From Bacteroidales bacterium (GTDB taxonomy: Bacteria; Bacteroidota; Bacteroidia; Bacteroidales; WCHB1-69), in contig JBBRGJ010000002.1 in NCBI GenBank assembly GCA_038240835.1, positions 1 through 57,831 on the forward strand: a stretch of 57,831 bases of DNA. Reading direction: 5' to 3'. Each line of letters starts with the position of its first letter. Within the stretch, counting starts at the first letter, position 1. The notes beneath the pieces were generated by a model. It was not told the DNA's origin. It made no database searches and worked only from the letters and a program-made list of their open reading frames with translations. This document shows, one piece after another, positions 54,501 through 57,831 of the stretch. The position numbers and the translations under genes are program-made.

Positions 54501-57500
54501 AGCAAAGATTGATCTTGCTGCATGGAGAACAGCCGTTTCTAAAGATACCAACTCAGTAACGGTAAACCCAAATTTCCCAGCGTTTGATAATTTCCATACA
54601 TACGAAATGGGATTAGACGGAAAAGCTCAGCCATTGGCATTGGTAACTACCGATTTAGACAACCAAGTGCGGAGTGCAACAATTCCTGATATTGGTTGTG
54701 ATGAGTTTGAAGTTTCTGCTATCAATTTAGCAATTACAAACATTCTTTCCCCTGTTGTTACTTCCAAATGTACTGGAACTGGTTTCCCAATTACAGTTAG
54801 GGTGAAAAGTGTAGGCTCAGGAGCCATTGATTTTGTTGCAAATAACACAGTGCTCACTGCTCAAATCACGGGTGCTATTCCTCAAACGTATACACTAACT
54901 CTTGATACTGGAGTTTTGGCCTCAGGTGCTTCATGGGATATAACTATCACCAATGCACTCGATTTTTCAGCTCCTGGTATTTATAATTTAAAGATATTCT
55001 CTACATTGCCAGCGGATACTATTCGTTTGAACGACACCATTAACGGATCGTATGATTTTAGTAAAATCACTACATTTCCTTATGATGTTAACTTTAGTGC
55101 AGCTCCAAGTCCAGCTTGGACCATTGCCCAACTTTCGGGTACTGTTGCTTGGCAATATGCTACTGGTTCTATGACTAACCCTGCTTTAGCTCCAGCTTAT
55201 GGAACAGGTAGACTGTATTTTAATTCATACACTGGAAGCGGTGCAAAATCAAGAGCTACAACTCCTGTTTTAGATTTTACAGGGATGACTCATCCTTATT
55301 TGGAGTTCTGGATGTCGCAAGATGCTGGATATTCTTCTAATCTTCAAGAAGGCGTTACAGTAAAAATATCTTCTGATGGAGGTGCAACTTGGAACAATGA
55401 TACTTTATTTGTTCAACGATACAACTCTACATATTCAACTGCTGGTTGGAAATTATTCAGCAAACACATGACCTCTTATGCAAATATGTCTTGTGTTAAT
55501 ATTGCATTTGATGCATATAGTCAAGCGGGTAATAATTTAAGTATCGACCGCGTTGTGGTTCGTGACTTGTTTGATAATGACTTAAAAACGAATATCGTTT
55601 ACACAAAAGGGAAACTTCCATTAACTTATGGTACACCTGATAGTGTTCGTGTAATTGTTGAAAACATGGGTGCGATAACCCAATATAATAAAGTGGTAAC
55701 CGTTGATGTTGCAGGTGCTAATACACAAACATTAACGTATACTATTGATTCTATTCAGTCATTTACAGCTAAAACAATTGCAATTCCTGGTTTAGCTCCA
55801 ACAGTTGTTGGTGTTAATACCGTTTCGGTTTCTGTTCCAAACGATCAAGACAACTCAAACAATACGAAAGAGTATCGTTTAGAGTCAACAAATGATTATT
55901 TTGGATATGCAGATACTTCCGCGGTTACCATTAAAGCTGCTCAAGCAAATGGACTATTGTTGTCGAAATTCCAATTACATGGAACTCGTTCAGTTCGTTC
56001 TGTAAAAGCTTATATTACCGGTGGAACAACCCTTAATAAAGTTGTATATGGAGTGGTTTTAAATAACGCGGGTCAAGTGATTGCTCGTTCGGATAACGAC
56101 ACCATCGTTGTCGCTGATACTGCACAATGGAGAACATTTGCTTTCCCAAATTGGCACCAAACTATCTTTACCGATACTACATTCTATGTGGGTATCGCTC
56201 AAGTTGGAACTGGTTACAATCCATTGGGTGCTCAAACAGAAACTCCTGTTCGTCCAAATACATTCTATACTTGTGCTGCTTTAACAGGGGGTGCTCGCGT
56301 AGCAACTACTACACAAGGTAGATTTATGATTGAAGCCGAAATTGGACCATTGCCTCCTTATGATGCAGTTCTTCAGGCAATTGCTAACCCTGTTACGGGT
56401 TGTGGAATTGGTACCCAAGCGGTAACGTTGAGCATAAAAAACAATGGAACAAATAACATCGCTGCAAATGAACTAACTGCTTGGTATACCGTAAATGGTG
56501 GTGCTGCAATTAGTTTGCCTGTAGATGTGCCAATTAACTCAGGCAACAACGTGAACTTCTCATTTGTACCTGCAGATTTTTCTGCACCAACGGTGAATGT
56601 TACATACACAATCAACGCTTGGATTAATCTTCCTACAGATCCATTTAATGGGAACGATTCCATTTCTAATTATGTAGTGGTTTCAAAACCAATTCCTTCA
56701 ATTCCTACAATTTTAACTGCAAATCCAACCAGTGTTGAATACAACATGCCGGTTACGATTGATGCAGAAAATCCTACAGGAATAGAAGGAGACATTAACT
56801 GGTACACAACAAATGTTTCTCCTACTTCTTTGGCTCTTAATCCTTCTTATACTTCAGGATTGTTAACTACAGATACTAATTTCTTTGCTTCATTTACTAG
56901 CATTGATGGAAGAGGAACCAATATTCTTGGGACAAGTGCTGTTTCAATGTCGTATGTTCCATACTATTATCTTTACAATTATGGTTGGGCTTCATCCATC
57001 TACAAACGTAGCGAAATTCAGTATAGAGGAACCATTGATACCTTGTGGATTGAAGTTAATTCAGCTTCTACTACAGGGGTTATTGCTGATCAAAAAATCT
57101 ATTTGAGCACTGTTGCTGATTCTACATTTGCAAATACCAGTTATATCAATCCAACGGCTATGACCTTGGTTTATAATGGAGGCGTAAATGTTCCTGCTTC
57201 GGGTTGGATGGCGGTCCCATTAACCACGCCTTATGTTTATAGTGGCAATGGTCACCTGTTAGTACATTGGGAAAATTGGGATGGCTCTTGGAGCGGAAAT
57301 CCAAATCCAACGTTTAAATCCACAACAATGGCGAATGTGTCAAAATATGCTTATGCTGATGCCGCATTGCCAACTACTCCTGGAACCATGGCTTCTTCTC
57401 GTACAAACTTGAAGTTTAATGGCGCTAACATCGGTTGTGCTAGTGCTAGAGTAGATGTGGTGGTAACTATCAATAATATTCCAACGGTAGAAGTTCAGCC

Positions 57501-57831
57501 AATGGCTGTTACTGCTCCTACTTCGGGATGTGCATTACACCAAGAAAGCATCACTGTAACGGTTAAAAATAATCTTCAAACAGTGGCGCCAGCAGGTTCA
57601 TTTGTTTTCTACCAAATAAATGGTGGAACTCCAGTGGCTGATACCATTGAAGTTGCTATTAACGTGGGAGAAACTATTCCATTTACGTTCTCTCAAACCT
57701 ATGATTTCTCTGCTCCAACAGCTACTACTCCTTATACTATTAAGGTTTGGACTGCTGCTGCAGGTGATACGTATACTGTAAATGATACCATTAATTATGC
57801 TTTAGAATCAAAATGGACTGCCACAGATTTA
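51535..57831 (+). CDS. Giant secreted surface protein, 5'-partial (more than 2099 aa), with choice-of-anchor-J/MAM-like, parallel beta-helix and CARDB/Ig-like modules; probable T9SS adhesin
   Basis: The ATG at 51535 lies 52 nt after a TATCTTTG box. By hand translation the frame stays open to the last base of the window. It is absent from the ORF track, presumably because there is no stop. The signal peptide is MRKLVTMFLALFCFLTVKA|Q. NNxF/NNTI beta-helix rungs span about 53.6-54.6 kb, and at least 5 modules resemble '...I..P....C...G....ITV.VKN.G'. Confidence 0.85.
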   Translation, partial: MRKLVTMFLALFCFLTVKAQTTLVNEGFEVIPHSFTSSATASIPNWDTTKVLKSSGLISLRGKPLPQAVSTTSTAKFTTSGHAKVYLRFKHICKLSSADKGYVRYRVGGGSGTWKTIPSADTIYLTSLASGNPGYLSTGFSSLSYSQWLTNDSTVIPTDSWWKQELFDVSSLVSNQDTVEFQFRIDRTGNLAAGITNYGWLLDDVEVIAATTEIGPPLIVQQPVIVQDTVFGTGPWTIRAKITDESIISSANLVYSTLRLGVPAGPFTIPMTLGTGNIYTAEIPSMSYLTHVDYHITATDEHGNSGQMAAKWLFNKRPPALLTVASDTISSGSMPNPFYQYFTQAKVQFIVKASELAALGLSAGNLSSIGFYVNAVSPATTAGSLFKNFSIKIANTSLSATTSAFATAPFTTVYTAPDLVGNHTLGWNTFIFSNSFVWDGTSNIIVETCFNNYNGSSSDYSSNALIRQSVMTYSASSSAYTDTSVPDVCSDAGSLSVTASNNRPAVQFGYTQVDVALDAGMNAIVEPSATLIASNLSDVIVRIKSGGTTDLTSATVNWTLDGVVQTPYSWTGLLSQDQVSTNLTLATAVNFASGSHEIKVWVSAPNGGTDLYAGNDTIQKSIYSCGGTLAAGTYTVGGVSPDFATFQDVKTKLNVCGISGPVVFNVRPGTYNTSLSLNNILGGSYVNTVTIKSENNDPASVVILDETNDVATLTLDSVSNFRLQSITLKTTATSKNRLVWLKGRSVDVQFTNNIFEGLDTNSTSNNFALFYSNKLSTEKDSLLVVDGNTFKKGSYGIYLYGTSSNPNTTISIQNNTFLSQAYEGMYLYYNNKYTINNNTITQSASSTQSFYGIYLSSCKEGLSVSKNKILAKNLYYGMYISSSKGSITAPMLISNNFIASSGTASSGTGFYLTTCDTTNFFYNTVNLNGTSTASRAIYVSSGKDLNIRNNNFANNAGGYAYYISTMPTNFLSNYNNLYSSGGAIGYSSSAKIDLAAWRTAVSKDTNSVTVNPNFPAFDNFHTYEMGLDGKAQPLALVTTDLDNQVRSATIPDIGCDEFEVSAINLAITNILSPVVTSKCTGTGFPITVRVKSVGSGAIDFVANNTVLTAQITGAIPQTYTLTLDTGVLASGASWDITITNALDFSAPGIYNLKIFSTLPADTIRLNDTINGSYDFSKITTFPYDVNFSAAPSPAWTIAQLSGTVAWQYATGSMTNPALAPAYGTGRLYFNSYTGSGAKSRATTPVLDFTGMTHPYLEFWMSQDAGYSSNLQEGVTVKISSDGGATWNNDTLFVQRYNSTYSTAGWKLFSKHMTSYANMSCVNIAFDAYSQAGNNLSIDRVVVRDLFDNDLKTNIVYTKGKLPLTYGTPDSVRVIVENMGAITQYNKVVTVDVAGANTQTLTYTIDSIQSFTAKTIAIPGLAPTVVGVNTVSVSVPNDQDNSNNTKEYRLESTNDYFGYADTSAVTIKAAQANGLLLSKFQLHGTRSVRSVKAYITGGTTLNKVVYGVVLNNAGQVIARSDNDTIVVADTAQWRTFAFPNWHQTIFTDTTFYVGIAQVGTGYNPLGAQTETPVRPNTFYTCAALTGGARVATTTQGRFMIEAEIGPLPPYDAVLQAIANPVTGCGIGTQAVTLSIKNNGTNNIAANELTAWYTVNGGAAISLPVDVPINSGNNVNFSFVPADFSAPTVNVTYTINAWINLPTDPFNGNDSISNYVVVSKPIPSIPTILTANPTSVEYNMPVTIDAENPTGIEGDINWYTTNVSPTSLALNPSYTSGLLTTDTNFFASFTSIDGRGTNILGTSAVSMSYVPYYYLYNYGWASSIYKRSEIQYRGTIDTLWIEVNSASTTGVIADQKIYLSTVADSTFANTSYINPTAMTLVYNGGVNVPASGWMAVPLTTPYVYSGNGHLLVHWENWDGSWSGNPNPTFKSTTMANVSKYAYADAALPTTPGTMASSRTNLKFNGANIGCASARVDVVVTINNIPTVEVQPMAVTAPTSGCALHQESITVTVKNNLQTVAPAGSFVFYQINGGTPVADTIEVAINVGETIPFTFSQTYDFSAPTATTPYTIKVWTAAAGDTYTVNDTINYALESKWTATDL

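Noticed and set aside
51591-56663. Short minus-strand ORFs (51591, 52647, 54627, 56373) and off-frame plus-strand ORFs (56081, 56127, 56885).
   Set aside because: All lie inside the continuous giant plus-strand reading frame, which has coherent domain-like sequence.

Overview
The window is a low-GC chromosomal segment of a Bacteroidota (Flavobacteriia-like) genome. Supporting signs are T9SS C-terminal sorting domains, a GldA-like ABC ATPase, TAnnTTTG -7 promoter boxes, signal peptides followed by Gln, and no Shine-Dalgarno sequences. Most of the window is housekeeping: hldD, mqnD/mqnB, a DsbD-family reductase, tilS, cysS, a PpiD-like chaperone, meaB, acyl-CoA carboxyltransferase plus biotin carrier, rubrerythrin, recQ, lpxK, birA, rsfS-ftsH-cdsA-psd, dusB, gldA and metK. 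Four things stand out. (1) The left 3.6 kb is an accessory patch holding an IS1595-like transposase start, direct repeats, and a three-gene split-HipA (HipB/HipS/HipT-type) toxin-antitoxin cassette. The cassette sits next to a tRNA(CAT) and is bracketed by a duplicated 'terminator + tRNA 3' end' segment. (2) Several intergenic regions are dense with structured repeats. These are a 0.5-0.9 kb element present twice, hairpins with covarying stems and a conserved CAAGC tail, about 35 phased heptanucleotide repeats downstream of cysS, and GTGAAA plus 36-bp hairpin arrays upstream of yitT. (3) One secreted protein has an extreme Trp/Tyr/His block and 13-aa Asn/Ser/Arg tandem repeats. (4) An open-ended ORF of more than 2099 codons (51535 to the window end) is missing from the supplied ORF track and encodes a giant beta-helix/Ig-like surface protein, probably T9SS cargo. 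I saw no CRISPR array, rRNA, integrase, reverse transcriptase or recognisable multi-gene defence island. All calls come from reading the sequence and from remembered family motifs; no searches were run.
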